DNA from: Perkinsela sp. CCAP 1560/9
Taxonomy: Eukaryota > Protista > Euglenozoa: Kinetoplastea
Direction: 5' to 3'
Length of the DNA stretch: 64,000 nucleotides
NCBI GenBank assembly: GCA_965644495.1
Contig: CBFFSA010000002.1
Span: 310,001 to 374,000 of the forward strand
Part shown: positions 36,117 through 49,955 of the stretch, in pieces
How the letters are laid out: each line of letters starts with the position of its first letter
Numbering within the stretch: position 1 is the first letter of the stretch
Notes under the pieces: generated by a model
Databases searched by the model: none
What the model was told of the DNA's origin: nothing
What the model saw: only the letters and a program-made list of their open reading frames with translations
Program-made: the position numbers and the translations under genes

Positions 36117-36443
36117 GTGTTATAAAGTAGAGTAGGAGAAAAAGAAGGATAAGGGCGAAGAATTGAGGTTACGTAATGAACGGTTTAAGTTTTACATGTA
36201 TTGAGAACCGTGGTAAGTATCACCCACGCGATACTCCACCAGTATCCTAGTATGATGTGCGCAATGTCGTTGATTGCATCCGCCGAAACTTCACAAAATG
36301 TAGCTCTACTGAGCCAAGGTACATGTCAATACATGCCTAGGATGGTGCATAAGAAAGGGAAGCACCATGCTAGAAGGATCTCACAAGGGTACCGATTGTG
36401 TGACGTGACGCGGGACAACGTATTATAACGCACTCATTGCACC

Positions 36444-36842
36444 TTACACCTGTTGGCTGCTCGCCTTGCGGGATGCCTTCTTCTTCTTGAGCATGTCGTG
36501 AAGGTTGGGAAGTACGCCGCCCTGAGTGAAGGTGACGTTGCTTAGCAGCTGAGAAAGCTCCTCGTCGTGACGGACGGCGAGTGTGACGGCACGAGGGGTA
36601 ATACGCTTCTTGTGGTGCTGGCCCGCAACCTTACCGGAGAGCTCGAGAAGCTCGGCAGTGAGGTACTCCAACACAGCGGCGAGGTACACCGGGGCGGCGG
36701 AGGCCACACGCTTGGTGTAGCGTCCACGGCGGAGCATGGAGCCGATGCGGCCCACGGGAAAGATCAGACCCGTCTTCGCGCCACGGCTCTTCTGGCTGCT
36801 CTTGGTGCTCTTCGCCTTCTTGCTGCTCTTCGGGGTAGCCAT
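36444..36842 (-). CDS. H2A: Histone H2A (copy 10)
   Basis: Array copy. Confidence 0.97.
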   Translation of the reverse strand: MATPKSSKKAKSTKSSQKSRGAKTGLIFPVGRIGSMLRRGRYTKRVASAAPVYLAAVLEYLTAELLELSGKVAGQHHKKRITPRAVTLAVRHDEELSQLLSNVTFTQGGVLPNLHDMLKKKKASRKASSQQV

Positions 36843-37162
36843 AGTGATAGGAATAAGAGAGAAAAGTAATAAGAGTTCTTTCAAAAAATAGTAGTTGTTA
36901 CGAATGAGTGAATGGACAAAGAAGACGTGATGTATTGCTTATGAGCGCATTATAGTTTTCTTACGAAGAGTTGATTCATAGGTCAATTGTTTTCTCCAAA
37001 CGGCGGAATGTTTCAAGCGCTAGTATGATACCAGAGAAGCACCTCAAGACTCATACGAAAGAAAATGCGCACAGAAATGATTCACGGGGACAGAGAGAGA
37101 ACCCGACGATTACCCTTGTGGAGATTCAGACCCGTTGCATCAACATGTGTTCAGTGTCATCC

Positions 37163-37471
37163 TTATGCGTATCCGTACAACATGCGTCCACGCTTGCGGA
37201 GAGCGTACACGACGTCGAGAGCAGTGACCGTCTGGCGCTTGCTGTGCTCAGTGTACGTCACGCTGTCACGGACAACGCCCTCCACGAAAGACTTGAGGAT
37301 CCCACGGACCTCTTCGTACATGATTCCGCTGATGCGCTTGACACCACCACGGCGTGCAAGGCGGCGAATTGCGGGCTTTGTGATTCCGCGGATGTTGTCC
37401 TTCAATGCCTTCTTTTGGCGTTTCGTGCCGTGTGCGCCCTTAGCATCACCAGATTTCTTGCCTTTCGCCAT
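37163..37471 (-). CDS. H4: Histone H4 (copy 10)
   Basis: Array copy. Confidence 0.97.
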   Translation of the reverse strand: MAKGKKSGDAKGAHGTKRQKKALKDNIRGITKPAIRRLARRGGVKRISGIMYEEVRGILKSFVEGVVRDSVTYTEHSKRQTVTALDVVYALRKRGRMLYGYA

Positions 37472-37805
37472 TTGAAATGAATAGGAAGTAAGATGAAAAA
37501 ATCTAAAGTACGATAAAAAGAAACTACGTACGAGCGCCAAGATCCGTCATAATACACAACCATTTCGTTTGTGGAGCGTCGCACACAGTGTGCGTGTGTT
37601 TTGCCCCACGACGCCGCTGTGGTCTATGTTGAGGGAATGGGAGGTGAAGCATTCATCCTATACCCGATACTACAAATAACATTAATGTCATAGAAAGCAT
37701 ATTAAGGCTTTGTGCAAAAATGAAGGAAATGCACAAAGAACCTCAGATCGTTGCTGTCGTAGTGGGTATGCGAGGCTTCCCGAACTCAATGGATTTCACA
37801 AACGC

Positions 37806-38234
37806 TTAGAAGCGTTCGCCGCGGAGACGGCGGGCGAGCTGGACGTCCTTCGGCATGATGGTTACCCGGCGACCGTGGATAGCGCACAGACAGGTGTCAG
37901 CGAACAAGTTGACCATGTGGGCCTCCGTTGCCTCCTGCATGGCGAGGACGGCGCTGGCTTGGAAACGCAGACCATCTTTGCCGCTGAGAGCAATCTCACG
38001 GACCAGACGCTGGAAGGGAAGCTTGCGGAGGAGAAGTTCAGTGCCCTTCTGGTACTTTTTGATGTCACGGAGGGCGACGGTCCCCGGGCGAAAGCGGTGG
38101 GGCTTCTTGGTGCCACTGGAGCCGCTGGACGCTTTCTTCGCCTTGGAAGAGCTTGTCTTCTTGCCTTTGGAGACGAGACCGGCGCGTGGTACCTTCCCCG
38201 TAGATTTACGAGACGATTCCTTGGTGCGAGCCAT
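37806..38234 (-). CDS. H3: Histone H3 (copy 11)
   Basis: Array copy. Confidence 0.97.
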   Translation of the reverse strand: MARTKESSRKSTGKVPRAGLVSKGKKTSSSKAKKASSGSSGTKKPHRFRPGTVALRDIKKYQKGTELLLRKLPFQRLVREIALSGKDGLRFQASAVLAMQEATEAHMVNLFADTCLCAIHGRRVTIMPKDVQLARRLRGERF

Positions 38235-38559
38235 GAGTGAAAATGAGGATAGATAGTAAAAGTGTCTGGTTTTCAATAGAACACGTTTTTTCGGTCTGTC
38301 ACAATAAATTTTGAAAAGAGGGGCGAGCAATATCAAGAATGTACCTCACATAAGATGGAGCCGGTGCATGCATACATTCTCATAATGTCATGAATATAGT
38401 GTAAATCGTACTTGTCCGTCACAGAATGAAACTCACTGCTAAGTATACCTTAATAGTGAACACGACGGCTTTGTACGTTTGAATAACATTTTTTACAACA
38501 AAGTTCATGACGATGGCATGCTGCACCTCTGCATGCTACCTGGTCGAACCACACAGCAT

Positions 38560-38886
38560 TTAGTGGGAGGCCAACTTGGCGACAGCCTTCGTTCCCTCAG
38601 CCATTGCGTGCTTTGCGAGCTCCGCGGGAAGAGTCAGGCGCACTGCGGTTTGTACTTCGCGGGAAGTCAACGTTTTGGTCTTGTTGAAGCGCGTGAGGGA
38701 GGCTGCCTCGACGGCAAGGCGCTCAAAGATGTCTTGCACGAAAGAGTTCACAACTTTGATCCCTTTGCTGCTGAATCCCACGTTTTTGTGGATCTGCTTC
38801 AGGGTGCGGTAGATGTAGGTGTTGAAGGTCTTCTTGGACTTGCGGTGACCAGAGCTCTTCTTTGCGACTTTAGCTGCTTTCGCCAT
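38560..38886 (-). CDS. H2B: Histone H2B (copy 11)
   Basis: Array copy. Confidence 0.97.
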   Translation of the reverse strand: MAKAAKVAKKSSGHRKSKKTFNTYIYRTLKQIHKNVGFSSKGIKVVNSFVQDIFERLAVEAASLTRFNKTKTLTSREVQTAVRLTLPAELAKHAMAEGTKAVAKLASH

Positions 38887-39213
38887 GTGTTATAAAGTAG
38901 AGTAGGAGAAAAAGAAGGATAAGGGCGAAGAATTGAGGTTACGTAATGAACGGTTTAAGTTTTACATGTATTGAGAACCGTGGTAAGTATCACCCACGCG
39001 ATACTCCACCAGTATCCTAGTATGATGTGCGCTATGTCGTTGATTGCATCCGCCGAAACTTCACAAAATGTAGCTCTACTGAGCCAAGGTACATGTCAAT
39101 ACATGCCTAGGATGGTGCATAAGAAAGGGAAGCACCATGCTAGAAGGATCTCACAAGGGTACCGATTGTGTGACGTGACGCGGGACAACGTATTATAACG
39201 CACTCATTGCACC

Positions 39214-39612
39214 TTACACCTGTTGGCTGCTCGCCTTGCGGGATGCCTTCTTCTTCTTGAGCATGTCGTGAAGGTTGGGAAGTACGCCGCCCTGAGTGAA
39301 GGTGACGTTGCTTAGCAGCTGAGAAAGCTCCTCGTCGTGACGGACGGCGAGTGTGACGGCACGAGGGGTAATACGCTTCTTGTGGTGCTGGCCCGCAACC
39401 TTACCGGAGAGCTCGAGAAGCTCGGCAGTGAGGTACTCCAACACAGCGGCGAGGTACACCGGGGCGGCGGAGGCCACACGCTTGGTGTAGCGTCCACGGC
39501 GGAGCATGGAGCCGATGCGGCCCACGGGAAAGATCAGACCCGTCTTCGCGCCACGGCTCTTCTGGCTGCTCTTGGTGCTCTTCGCCTTCTTGCTGCTCTT
39601 CGGGGTAGCCAT
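39214..39612 (-). CDS. H2A: Histone H2A (copy 11)
   Basis: Array copy. Confidence 0.97.
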   Translation of the reverse strand: MATPKSSKKAKSTKSSQKSRGAKTGLIFPVGRIGSMLRRGRYTKRVASAAPVYLAAVLEYLTAELLELSGKVAGQHHKKRITPRAVTLAVRHDEELSQLLSNVTFTQGGVLPNLHDMLKKKKASRKASSQQV

Positions 39613-39932
39613 AGTGATAGGAATAAGAGAGAAAAGTAATAAGAGTTCTTTCAAAAAATAGTAGTTGTTACGAATGAGTGAATGGACAAAGAAGACGTGA
39701 TGTATTGCTTATGAGCGCATTATAGTTTTCTTACGAAGAGTTGATTCATAGGTCAATTGTTTTCTCCAAACGGCGGAATGTTTTAAGCGCTAGTATGATA
39801 CCAGAGAAGCAACTCAAGACTCATACGAAAGAAAATGCGCACAGAAATGATTCACGGGGACAGAGAGAGAACCCGACGATTACCCTTGTGGAGATTCAGA
39901 CCCGTTGCATCAACATGTGTTCAGTGTCATCC

Positions 39933-40241
39933 TTATGCGTATCCGTACAACATGCGTCCACGCTTGCGGAGAGCGTACACGACGTCGAGAGCAGTGACCG
40001 TCTGGCGCTTGCTGTGCTCAGTGTACGTCACGCTGTCACGGACAACGCCCTCCACGAAAGACTTGAGGATCCCACGGACCTCTTCGTACATGATTCCGCT
40101 GATGCGCTTGACACCACCACGGCGCGCAAGGCGGCGAATTGCGGGCTTTGTGATTCCGCGGATGTTGTCCTTCAATGCCTTCTTTTGGCGTTTCGTGCCG
40201 TGTGCGCCCTTAGCATCACCAGATTTCTTGCCTTTCGCCAT
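39933..40241 (-). CDS. H4: Histone H4 (copy 11)
   Basis: Array copy. Confidence 0.97.
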   Translation of the reverse strand: MAKGKKSGDAKGAHGTKRQKKALKDNIRGITKPAIRRLARRGGVKRISGIMYEEVRGILKSFVEGVVRDSVTYTEHSKRQTVTALDVVYALRKRGRMLYGYA

Positions 40242-40575
40242 TTGAAATGAATAGGAAGTAAGATGAAAAAATCTAAAGTACGATAAAAAGAAACTACGTA
40301 CGAGCGCCAAGATCCGTCATAATACACAACCATTTCGTTTGTGGAGCGTCGCACACAGTGTGCGTGTGTTTTGCCCCACGACGCCGCTGTGGTCTATGTT
40401 GAGGGAATGGGAGGTGAAGCATTCATCCTATACCCGATACTACAAATAACATTAATGTCATAGAAAGCATATTAAGGCTTTGTGCAAAAATGAAGGAAAT
40501 GCACAAAGAACCTCAGATCGTTGCTGTCGTAGTGGGTATGCGAGGCTTCCCGAACTCAATGGATTTCACAAACGC

Positions 40576-41002
40576 TTAGAAGCGTTCGCCGCGGAGACGG
40601 CGGGCGAGCTGGACGTCCTTCGGCATGATGGTTACCCGGCGACCGTGGATAGCGCACAGACAGGTGTCCGCGAACAAGTTGACCATGTGGGCCTCCGTTG
40701 CCTCCTGCATGGCGAGGACGGCGCTGGCTTGGAAACGCAGACCATCTTTGCCGCTGAGAGCAATCTCACGGACCAGACGCTGGAAGGGAAGCTTGCGGAG
40801 GAGAAGTTCAGTGCCCTTCTGGTACTTTTTGATGTCACGGAGGGCGACGGTCCCGGGCGAAAGCGGTGGGGCTTCTTGGTGCCACTGGAGCCGCTGGACG
40901 CTTTCTTCGCCTTGGAAGAGCTGTCTTCTTGCCTTTGGAGACGAGACCGGCGCGTGGTACCTTCCCCGTAGATTTACGAGACGATTCCTTGGTGCGAGCC
41001 AT
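40576..41002 (-). pseudogene. H3: Histone H3 (copy 12), frameshifted by two 1-bp deletions (pseudogene or consensus error)
   Basis: tcccggg instead of tccccggg (about 40853) and gagctgtc instead of gagcttgtc (about 40922); 427 bp instead of 429 bp. Confidence 0.85.
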
Positions 41003-41327
41003 GAGTGAAAATGAGGATAGATAGTAAAAGTGTCTGGTTTTCAATAGAACACGTTTTTTCGGTTTGTCACAATAAATTTTGAAAAGAGGGGCGAGCAATA
41101 TCAAGAATGTACCTCACATAAGATGGAGCCGGTGCATGCATACATTCTCATAATGTCATGAATATAGTGTAAATCGTACTTGTCCGTCACAGAATGAAAC
41201 TCACTGCTAAGTATACCTTAATAGTGAACACGACGGCTTTGTACGTTTGAATAACATTTTTTACAACAAAGTTCATGACGATCGGATGCTGCACCTCTGC
41301 ATGCTACCTGGTCGAACCACACAGCAT

Positions 41328-41654
41328 TTAGTGGGAGGCCAACTTGGCGACAGCCTTCGTTCCCTCAGCCATTGCGTGCTTTGCGAGCTCCGCGGGAAGA
41401 GTCAGGCGCACTGCGGTTTGTACTTCGCGGGAAGTCAACGTTTTGGTCTTGTTGAAGCGCGTGAGGGAGGCTGCCTCGACGGCAAGGCGCTCAAAGATGT
41501 CTTGCACGAAAGAGTTCACAACTTTGATCCCTTTGCTGCTGAATCCCACGTTTTTGTGGATCTGCTTCAGGGTGCGGTAGATGTAGGTGTTGAAGGTCTT
41601 CTTGGACTTGCGGTGACCAGAGCTCTTCTTTGCGACTTTAGCTGCTTTCGCCAT
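41328..41654 (-). CDS. H2B: Histone H2B (copy 12)
   Basis: Array copy. Confidence 0.97.
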   Translation of the reverse strand: MAKAAKVAKKSSGHRKSKKTFNTYIYRTLKQIHKNVGFSSKGIKVVNSFVQDIFERLAVEAASLTRFNKTKTLTSREVQTAVRLTLPAELAKHAMAEGTKAVAKLASH

Positions 41655-41978
41655 GTGTTATAAAGTAGAGTAGGAGAAAAAGAAGGATAAGGGCGAAGAA
41701 TTGAGATTACGTAATGAACGGTTTAAGTTTTACATGTATTGAGAACCGTGGTAAGTATCACCCACGCGATACTCCACCAGTATCCTAGTATGATGTGCGC
41801 AATGTCGTTGATTGCATCCGCCGAAACTTCACAAAATGTAGCTCTACTGAGCCAAGGTACATGTCAATACATGCCTAGGATGGTGCATAAGAAAGGGAAG
41901 CACCATGCTAGAAGGATCTCACAAGGGTACCGATTGTGTGACGTGACGCGGGACGTATTATAACGCACTCATTGCACC

Positions 41979-42377
41979 TTACACCTGTTGGCTGCTCGCC
42001 TTGCGGGATGCCTTCTTCTTCTTGAGCATGTCGTGAAGGTTGGGAAGTACGCCGCCCTGAGTGAAGGTGACGTTGCTTAGCAGCTGAGAAAGCTCCTCGT
42101 CGTGACGGACGGCGAGTGTGACGGCACGAGGGGTAATACGCTTCTTGTGGTGCTGGCCCGCAACCTTACCGGAGAGCTCGAGAAGCTCGGCAGTGAGGTA
42201 CTCCAACACAGCGGCGAGGTACACCGGGGCGGCGGAGGCCACACGCTTGGTGTAGCGTCCACGGCGGAGCATGGAGCCGATGCGGCCCACGGGAAAGATC
42301 AGACCCGTCTTCGCGCCACGGCTCTTCTGGCTGCTCTTGGTGCTCTTCGCCTTCTTGCTGCTCTTCGGGGTAGCCAT
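41979..42377 (-). CDS. H2A: Histone H2A (copy 12)
   Basis: Array copy. Confidence 0.97.
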   Translation of the reverse strand: MATPKSSKKAKSTKSSQKSRGAKTGLIFPVGRIGSMLRRGRYTKRVASAAPVYLAAVLEYLTAELLELSGKVAGQHHKKRITPRAVTLAVRHDEELSQLLSNVTFTQGGVLPNLHDMLKKKKASRKASSQQV

Positions 42378-42697
42378 AGTGATAGGAATAAGAGAGAAAA
42401 GTAATAAGAGTTCTTTCAAAAAATAGTAGTTGTTACGAATGAGTGAATGGACAAAGAAGACGTGATGTATTGCTTATGAGCACATTATAGTTTTCTTACG
42501 AAGAGTTGATTCATAGGTCAATTGTTTTCTCCAAACGGCGGAATGTTTCAAGCGCTAGTATGATACCAGAGAAGCAACTCAAGACTCATACGAAAGAAAA
42601 TGCGCACAGAAATGATTCACGGGGACAGAGAGAGAACCCGACGATTACCCTTGTGGAGATTCAGACCCGTTGCATCAACATGTGTTCAGTGTCATCC

Positions 42698-43006
42698 TTA
42701 TGCGTATCCGTACAACATGCGTCCACGCTTGCGGAGAGCGTACACGACGTCGAGAGCAGTGACCGTCTGGCGCTTGCTGTGCTCAGTGTACGTCACGCTG
42801 TCACGGACAACGCCCTCCACGAAAGACTTGAGGATCCCACGGACCTCTTCGTACATGATTCCGCTGATGCGCTTGACACCACCACGGCGCGCAAGGCGGC
42901 GAATTGCGGGCTTTGTGATTCCGCGGATGTTGTCCTTCAATGCCTTCTTTTGGCGTTTCGTGCCGTGTGCGCCCTTAGCATCACCAGATTTCTTGCCTTT
43001 CGCCAT
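42698..43006 (-). CDS. H4: Histone H4 (copy 12)
   Basis: Array copy. Confidence 0.97.
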   Translation of the reverse strand: MAKGKKSGDAKGAHGTKRQKKALKDNIRGITKPAIRRLARRGGVKRISGIMYEEVRGILKSFVEGVVRDSVTYTEHSKRQTVTALDVVYALRKRGRMLYGYA

Positions 43007-43340
43007 TTGAAATGAATAGGAAGTAAGATGAAAAAATCTAAAGTACGATAAAAAGAAACTACGTACGAGCGCCAAGATCCGTCATAATACACAACCATTT
43101 CGTTTGTGGAGCGTCGCACACAGTGTGCGTGTGTTTTGCCCCACGACGCCGCTGTGGTCTATGTTGAGGGAATGGGAGGTGAAGCATTCATTCTATACCC
43201 GATACTACAAATAACATTAATGTCATAGAAAGCATATTAAGGCTTTGTGCAAAAATGAAGGAAATGCACAAAGAACCTCAGATCGTTGCTGTCGTAGTGG
43301 GTATGCGAGGCTTCCCGAACTCAATGGATTTCACAAACGC

Positions 43341-43769
43341 TTAGAAGCGTTCGCCGCGGAGACGGCGGGCGAGCTGGACGTCCTTCGGCATGATGGTTAC
43401 CCGGCGACCGTGGATAGCGCACAGACAGGTGTCAGCGAACAAGTTGACCATGTGGGCCTCCGTTGCCTCCTGCATGGCGAGGACGGCGCTGGCTTGGAAA
43501 CGCAGACCATCTTTGCCGCTGAGAGCAATCTCACGGACCAGACGCTGGAAGGGAAGCTTGCGGAGGAGAAGTTCAGTGCCCTTCTGGTACTTTTTGATGT
43601 CACGGAGGGCGACGGTCCCCGGGCGAAAGCGGTGGGGCTTCTTGGTGCCACTGGAGCCGCTGGACGCTTTCTTCGCCTTGGAAGAGCTTGTCTTCTTGCC
43701 TTTGGAGACGAGACCGGCGCGTGGTACCTTCCCCGTAGATTTACGAGACGATTCCTTGGTGCGAGCCAT
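43341..43769 (-). CDS. H3: Histone H3 (copy 13)
   Basis: Array copy. Confidence 0.97.
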   Translation of the reverse strand: MARTKESSRKSTGKVPRAGLVSKGKKTSSSKAKKASSGSSGTKKPHRFRPGTVALRDIKKYQKGTELLLRKLPFQRLVREIALSGKDGLRFQASAVLAMQEATEAHMVNLFADTCLCAIHGRRVTIMPKDVQLARRLRGERF

Positions 43770-44094
43770 GAGTGAAAATGAGGATAGATAGTAAAAGTGT
43801 CTGGTTTTCAATAGAACACGTTTTTTCGGTTTGTCACAATAAATTTTGAAAAGAGGGGCGAGCAATATCAAGAATGTACCTCACATAAGATGGAGCCGGT
43901 GCATGCATACATTCTCATAATGTCATGAATATAGTGTAAATCGTACTTGTCCGTCACAGAATGAAACTCACTGCTAAGTATACCTTAATAGTGAACACGA
44001 CGGCTTTGTACGTTCGAATAACATTTTTTACAACAAAGTTCATGACGATGGCATGCTGCACCTCTGCATGCTACCTGGTCGAACCACACAGCAT

Positions 44095-44421
44095 TTAGTG
44101 GGAGGCCAACTTGGCGACAGCCTTCGTTCCCTCAGCCATTGCGTGCTTTGCGAGCTCCGCGGGAAGAGTCAGGCGCACTGCGGTTTGTACTTCGCGGGAA
44201 GTCAACGTTTTGGTCTTGTTGAAGCGCGTGAGGGAGGCTGCCTCGACGGCAAGGCGCTCAAAGATGTCTTGCACGAAAGAGTTCACAACTTTGATCCCTT
44301 TGCTGCTGAATCCCACGTTTTTGTGGATCTGCTTCAGGGTGCGGTAGATGTAGGTGTTGAAGGTCTTCTTGGACTTGCGGTGACCAGAGCTCTTCTTTGC
44401 GACTTTAGCTGCTTTCGCCAT
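44095..44421 (-). CDS. H2B: Histone H2B (copy 13)
   Basis: Array copy. Confidence 0.97.
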   Translation of the reverse strand: MAKAAKVAKKSSGHRKSKKTFNTYIYRTLKQIHKNVGFSSKGIKVVNSFVQDIFERLAVEAASLTRFNKTKTLTSREVQTAVRLTLPAELAKHAMAEGTKAVAKLASH

Positions 44422-44745
44422 GTGTTATAAAGTAGAGTAGGAGAAAAAGAAGGATAAGGGCGAAGAATTGAGATTACGTAATGAACGGTTTAAGTTTTAC
44501 ATGTATTGAGAACCGTGGTAAGTATCACCCACGCGATACTCCACCAGTATCCTAGTATGATGTGCGCAATGTCGTTGATTGCATCCGCCGAAACTTCACA
44601 AAATGTAGCTCTACTGAGCCAAGGTACATGTCAATACATGCCTAGGATGGTGCATAAGAAAGGGAAGCACCATGCTAGAAGGATCTCACAAGGGTACCGA
44701 TTGTGTGACGTGACGCGGGACGTATTATAACGCACTCATTGCACC

Positions 44746-45144
44746 TTACACCTGTTGGCTGCTCGCCTTGCGGGATGCCTTCTTCTTCTTGAGCATGTCG
44801 TGAAGGTTGGGAAGTACGCCGCCCTGAGTGAAGGTGACGTTGCTTAGCAGCTGAGAAAGCTCCTCGTCGTGACGGACGGCGAGTGTGACGGCACGAGGGG
44901 TAATACGCTTCTTGTGGTGCTGGCCCGCAACCTTACCGGAGAGCTCGAGAAGCTCGGCAGTGAGGTACTCCAACACAGCGGCGAGGTACACCGGGGCGGC
45001 GGAGGCCACACGCTTGGTGTAGCGTCCACGGCGGAGCATGGAGCCGATGCGGCCCACGGGAAAGATCAGACCCGTCTTCGCGCCACGGCTCTTCTGGCTG
45101 CTCTTGGTGCTCTTCGCCTTCTTGCTGCTCTTCGGGGTAGCCAT
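44746..45144 (-). CDS. H2A: Histone H2A (copy 13)
   Basis: Array copy. Confidence 0.97.
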   Translation of the reverse strand: MATPKSSKKAKSTKSSQKSRGAKTGLIFPVGRIGSMLRRGRYTKRVASAAPVYLAAVLEYLTAELLELSGKVAGQHHKKRITPRAVTLAVRHDEELSQLLSNVTFTQGGVLPNLHDMLKKKKASRKASSQQV

Positions 45145-45464
45145 AGTGATAGGAATAAGAGAGAAAAGTAATAAGAGTTCTTTCAAAAAATAGTAGTTGT
45201 TACGAATGAGTGAATGGACAAAGAAGACGTGATGTATTGCTTATGAGCACATTATAGTTTTCTTACGAAGAGTTGATTCATAGGTCAATTGTTTTCTCCA
45301 AACGGCGGAATGTTTCAAGCGCTAGTATGATACCAGAGAAGCAACTCAAGACTCATACGAAAGAAAATGCGCACAGAAATGATTCACGGGGACAGAGAGA
45401 GAACCCGACGATTACCCTTGTGGAGATTCAGACCCGTTGCATCAACATGTGTTCAGTGTCATCC

Positions 45465-45773
45465 TTATGCGTATCCGTACAACATGCGTCCACGCTTGCG
45501 GAGAGCGTACACGACGTCGAGAGCAGTGACCGTCTGGCGCTTGCTGTGCTCAGTGTACGTCACGCTGTCACGGACAACGCCCTCCACGAAAGACTTGAGG
45601 ATCCCACGGACCTCTTCGTACATGATTCCGCTGATGCGCTTGACACCACCACGGCGCGCAAGGCGGCGAATTGCGGGCTTTGTGATTCCGCGGATGTTGT
45701 CCTTCAATGCCTTCTTTTGGCGTTTCGTGCCGTGTGCGCCCTTAGCATCACCAGATTTCTTGCCTTTCGCCAT
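45465..45773 (-). CDS. H4: Histone H4 (copy 13)
   Basis: Array copy. Confidence 0.97.
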   Translation of the reverse strand: MAKGKKSGDAKGAHGTKRQKKALKDNIRGITKPAIRRLARRGGVKRISGIMYEEVRGILKSFVEGVVRDSVTYTEHSKRQTVTALDVVYALRKRGRMLYGYA

Positions 45774-46107
45774 TTGAAATGAATAGGAAGTAAGATGAAA
45801 AAATCTAAAGTACGATAAAAAGAAACTACGTACGAGCGCCAAGATCCGTCATAATACACAACCATTTCGTTTGTGGAGCGTCGCACACAGTGTGCGTGTG
45901 TTTTGCCCCACGACGCCGCTGTGGTCTATGTTGAGGGAATGGGAGGTGAAGCATTCATTCTATACCCGATACTACAAATAACATTAATGTCATAGAAAGC
46001 ATATTAAGGCTTTGTGCAAAAATGAAGGAAATGCACAAAGAACCTCAGATCGTTGCTGTCGTAGTGGGTATGCGAGGCTTCCCGAACTCAATGGATTTCA
46101 CAAACGC

Positions 46108-46536
46108 TTAGAAGCGTTCGCCGCGGAGACGGCGGGCGAGCTGGACGTCCTTCGGCATGATGGTTACCCGGCGACCGTGGATAGCGCACAGACAGGTGTC
46201 AGCGAACAAGTTGACCATGTGGGCCTCCGTTGCCTCCTGCATGGCGAGGACGGCGCTGGCTTGGAAACGCAGACCATCTTTGCCGCTGAGAGCAATCTCA
46301 CGGACCAGACGCTGGAAGGGAAGCTTGCGGAGGAGAAGTTCAGTGCCCTTCTGGTACTTTTTGATGTCACGGAGGGCGACGGTCCCCGGGCGAAAGCGGT
46401 GGGGCTTCTTGGTGCCACTGGAGCCGCTGGACGCTTTCTTCGCCTTGGAAGAGCTTGTCTTCTTGCCTTTGGAGACGAGACCGGCGCGTGGTACCTTCCC
46501 CGTAGATTTACGAGACGATTCCTTGGTGCGAGCCAT
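46108..46536 (-). CDS. H3: Histone H3 (copy 14)
   Basis: Array copy. Confidence 0.97.
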   Translation of the reverse strand: MARTKESSRKSTGKVPRAGLVSKGKKTSSSKAKKASSGSSGTKKPHRFRPGTVALRDIKKYQKGTELLLRKLPFQRLVREIALSGKDGLRFQASAVLAMQEATEAHMVNLFADTCLCAIHGRRVTIMPKDVQLARRLRGERF

Positions 46537-46861
46537 GAGTGAAAATGAGGATAGATAGTAAAAGTGTCTGGTTTTCAATAGAACACGTTTTTTCGGTTTG
46601 TCACAATAAATTTTGAAAAGAGGGGCGAGCAATATCAAGAATGTACCTCACATAAGATGGAGCCGGTGCATGCATACATTCTCATAATGTCATGAATATA
46701 GTGTAAATCGTACTTGTCCGTCACAGAATGAAACTCACTGCTAAGTATACCTTAATAGTGAACACGACGGCTTTGTACGTTCGAATAACATTTTTTACAA
46801 CAAAGTTCATGACGATGGCATGCTGCACCTCTGCATGCTACCTGGTCGAACCACACAGCAT

Positions 46862-47188
46862 TTAGTGGGAGGCCAACTTGGCGACAGCCTTCGTTCCCTC
46901 AGCCATTGCGTGCTTTGCGAGCTCCGCGGGAAGAGTCAGGCGCACTGCGGTTTGTACTTCGCGGGAAGTCAACGTTTTGGTCTTGTTGAAGCGCGTGAGG
47001 GAGGCTGCCTCGACGGCAAGGCGCTCAAAGATGTCTTGCACGAAAGAGTTCACAACTTTGATCCCTTTGCTGCTGAATCCCACGTTTTTGTGGATCTGCT
47101 TCAGGGTGCGGTAGATGTAGGTGTTGAAGGTCTTCTTGGACTTGCGGTGACCAGAGCTCTTCTTTGCGACTTTAGCTGCTTTCGCCAT
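46862..47188 (-). CDS. H2B: Histone H2B (copy 14)
   Basis: Array copy. Confidence 0.97.
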   Translation of the reverse strand: MAKAAKVAKKSSGHRKSKKTFNTYIYRTLKQIHKNVGFSSKGIKVVNSFVQDIFERLAVEAASLTRFNKTKTLTSREVQTAVRLTLPAELAKHAMAEGTKAVAKLASH

Positions 47189-47512
47189 GTGTTATAAAGT
47201 AGAGTAGGAGAAAAAGAAGGATAAGGGCGAAGAATTGAGGTTACGTAATGAACGGTTTAAGTTTTACATGTATTGAGAACCGTGGTAAGTATCACCCACG
47301 CGATACTCCACCAGTATCCTAGTATGATGTGCGCAATGTCGTTGATTGCATCCGCCGAAACTTCACAAAATGTAGCTCTACTGAGCCAAGGTACATGTCA
47401 ATACATGCCTAGGATGGTGCATAAGAAAGGGAAGCACCATGCTAGAAGGATCTCACAAGGGTACCGATTGTGTGACGTGACGCGGGACGTATTATAACGC
47501 ACTCATTGCACC

Positions 47513-47911
47513 TTACACCTGTTGGCTGCTCGCCTTGCGGGATGCCTTCTTCTTCTTGAGCATGTCGTGAAGGTTGGGAAGTACGCCGCCCTGAGTGAAG
47601 GTGACGTTGCTTAGCAGCTGAGAAAGCTCCTCGTCGTGACGGACGGCGAGTGTGACGGCACGAGGGGTAATACGCTTCTTGTGGTGCTGGCCCGCAACCT
47701 TACCGGAGAGCTCGAGAAGCTCGGCAGTGAGGTACTCCAACACAGCGGCGAGGTACACCGGGGCGGCGGAGGCCACACGCTTGGTGTAGCGTCCACGGCG
47801 GAGCATGGAGCCGATGCGGCCCACGGGAAAGATCAGACCCGTCTTCGCGCCACGGCTCTTCTGGCTGCTCTTGGTGCTCTTCGCCTTCTTGCTGCTCTTC
47901 GGGGTAGCCAT
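47513..47911 (-). CDS. H2A: Histone H2A (copy 14)
   Basis: Array copy. Confidence 0.97.
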   Translation of the reverse strand: MATPKSSKKAKSTKSSQKSRGAKTGLIFPVGRIGSMLRRGRYTKRVASAAPVYLAAVLEYLTAELLELSGKVAGQHHKKRITPRAVTLAVRHDEELSQLLSNVTFTQGGVLPNLHDMLKKKKASRKASSQQV

Positions 47912-48231
47912 AGTGATAGGAATAAGAGAGAAAAGTAATAAGAGTTCTTTCAAAAAATAGTAGTTGTTACGAATGAGTGAATGGACAAAGAAGACGTGAT
48001 GTATTGCTTATGAGCACATTATAGTTTTCTTACGAAGAGTTGATTCATAGGTCAATTGTTTTCTCCAAACGGCGGAATGTTTCAAGCGCTAGTATGATAC
48101 CAGAGAAGCAACTCAAGACTCATACGAAAGAAAATGCGCACAGAAATGATTCACGGGGACAGAGAGAGAACCCGACGATTACCCTTGTGGAGATTCAGAC
48201 CCGTTGCATCAACATGTGTTCAGTGTCATCC

Positions 48232-48540
48232 TTATGCGTATCCGTACAACATGCGTCCACGCTTGCGGAGAGCGTACACGACGTCGAGAGCAGTGACCGT
48301 CTGGCGCTTGCTGTGCTCAGTGTACGTCACGCTGTCACGGACAACGCCCTCCACGAAAGACTTGAGGATCCCACGGACCTCTTCGTACATGATTCCGCTG
48401 ATGCGCTTGACACCACCACGGCGCGCAAGGCGGCGAATTGCGGGCTTTGTGATTCCGCGGATGTTGTCCTTCAATGCCTTCTTTTGGCGTTTCGTGCCGT
48501 GTGCGCCCTTAGCATCACCAGATTTCTTGCCTTTCGCCAT
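48232..48540 (-). CDS. H4: Histone H4 (copy 14)
   Basis: Array copy. Confidence 0.97.
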   Translation of the reverse strand: MAKGKKSGDAKGAHGTKRQKKALKDNIRGITKPAIRRLARRGGVKRISGIMYEEVRGILKSFVEGVVRDSVTYTEHSKRQTVTALDVVYALRKRGRMLYGYA

Positions 48541-48874
48541 TTGAAATGAATAGGAAGTAAGATGAAAAAATCTAAAGTACGATAAAAAGAAACTACGTAC
48601 GAGCGCCAAGATCCGTCATAATACACAACCATTTCGTTTGTGGAGCGTCGCACACAGTGTGCGTGTGTTTTGCCCCACGACGCCGCTGTGGTCTATGTTG
48701 AGGGAATGGGAGGTGAAGCATTCATCCTATACCCGATACTACAAATAACATTAATGTCATAGAAAGCATATTAAGGCTTTGTGCAAAAATGAAGGAAATG
48801 CACAAAGAACCTCAGATCGTTGCTGTCGTAGTGGGTATGCGAGGCTTCCCGAACTCAATGGATTTCACAAACGC

Positions 48875-49303
48875 TTAGAAGCGTTCGCCGCGGAGACGGC
48901 GGGCGAGCTGGACGTCCTTCGGCATGATGGTTACCCGGCGACCGTGGATAGCGCACAGACAGGTGTCAGCGAACAAGTTGACCATGTGGGCCTCCGTTGC
49001 CTCCTGCATGGCGAGGACGGCGCTGGCTTGGAAACGCAGACCATCTTTGCCGCTGAGAGCAATCTCACGGACCAGACGCTGGAAGGGAAGCTTGCGGAGG
49101 AGAAGTTCAGTGCCCTTCTGGTACTTTTTGATGTCACGGAGGGCGACGGTCCCCGGGCGAAAGCGGTGGGGCTTCTTGGTGCCACTGGAGCCGCTGGACG
49201 CTTTCTTCGCCTTGGAAGAGCTTGTCTTCTTGCCTTTGGAGACGAGACCGGCGCGTGGTACCTTCCCCGTAGATTTACGAGACGATTCCTTGGTGCGAGC
49301 CAT
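48875..49303 (-). CDS. H3: Histone H3 (copy 15)
   Basis: Array copy. Confidence 0.97.
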   Translation of the reverse strand: MARTKESSRKSTGKVPRAGLVSKGKKTSSSKAKKASSGSSGTKKPHRFRPGTVALRDIKKYQKGTELLLRKLPFQRLVREIALSGKDGLRFQASAVLAMQEATEAHMVNLFADTCLCAIHGRRVTIMPKDVQLARRLRGERF

Positions 49304-49628
49304 GAGTGAAAATGAGGATAGATAGTAAAAATGTCTGGTTTTCAATAGAACACGTTTTTTCGGTTTGTCACAATAAATTTTGAAAAGAGGGGCGAGCAAT
49401 ATCAAGAATGTACCTCACATAAGATGGAGCCGGTGCATGCATACATTCTCATAATGTCATGAATATAGTGTAAATCGTACTTGTCCGTCACAGAATGAAA
49501 CTCACTGCTAAGTATACCTTAATAGTGAACACGACGGCTTTGTACGTTTGAATAACATTTTTTACAACAAAGTTCATGACGATCGGATGCTGCACCTCTG
49601 CATGCTACCTGGTCGAACCACACAGCAT

Positions 49629-49955
49629 TTAGTGGGAGGCCAACTTGGCGACAGCCTTCGTTCCCTCAGCCATTGCGTGCTTTGCGAGCTCCGCGGGAAG
49701 AGTCAGGCGCACTGCGGTTTGTACTTCGCGGGAAGTCAACGTTTTGGTCTTGTTGAAGCGCGTGAGGGAGGCTGCCTCGACGGCAAGGCGCTCAAAGATG
49801 TCTCGCACGAAAGAGTTCACAACTTTGATCCCTTTGCTGCTGAATCCCACGTTTTTGTGGATCTGCTTCAGGGTGCGGTAGATGTAGGTGTTGAACGTCT
49901 TCTTGGACTTGCGGTGACCAGAGCTCTTCTTTGCGACTTTAGCTGCTTTCGCCAT
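49629..49955 (-). CDS. H2B: Histone H2B (copy 15; Q>R in FVRDIF)
   Basis: Array copy; substitution at 49804. Confidence 0.96.
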   Translation of the reverse strand: MAKAAKVAKKSSGHRKSKKTFNTYIYRTLKQIHKNVGFSSKGIKVVNSFVRDIFERLAVEAASLTRFNKTKTLTSREVQTAVRLTLPAELAKHAMAEGTKAVAKLASH

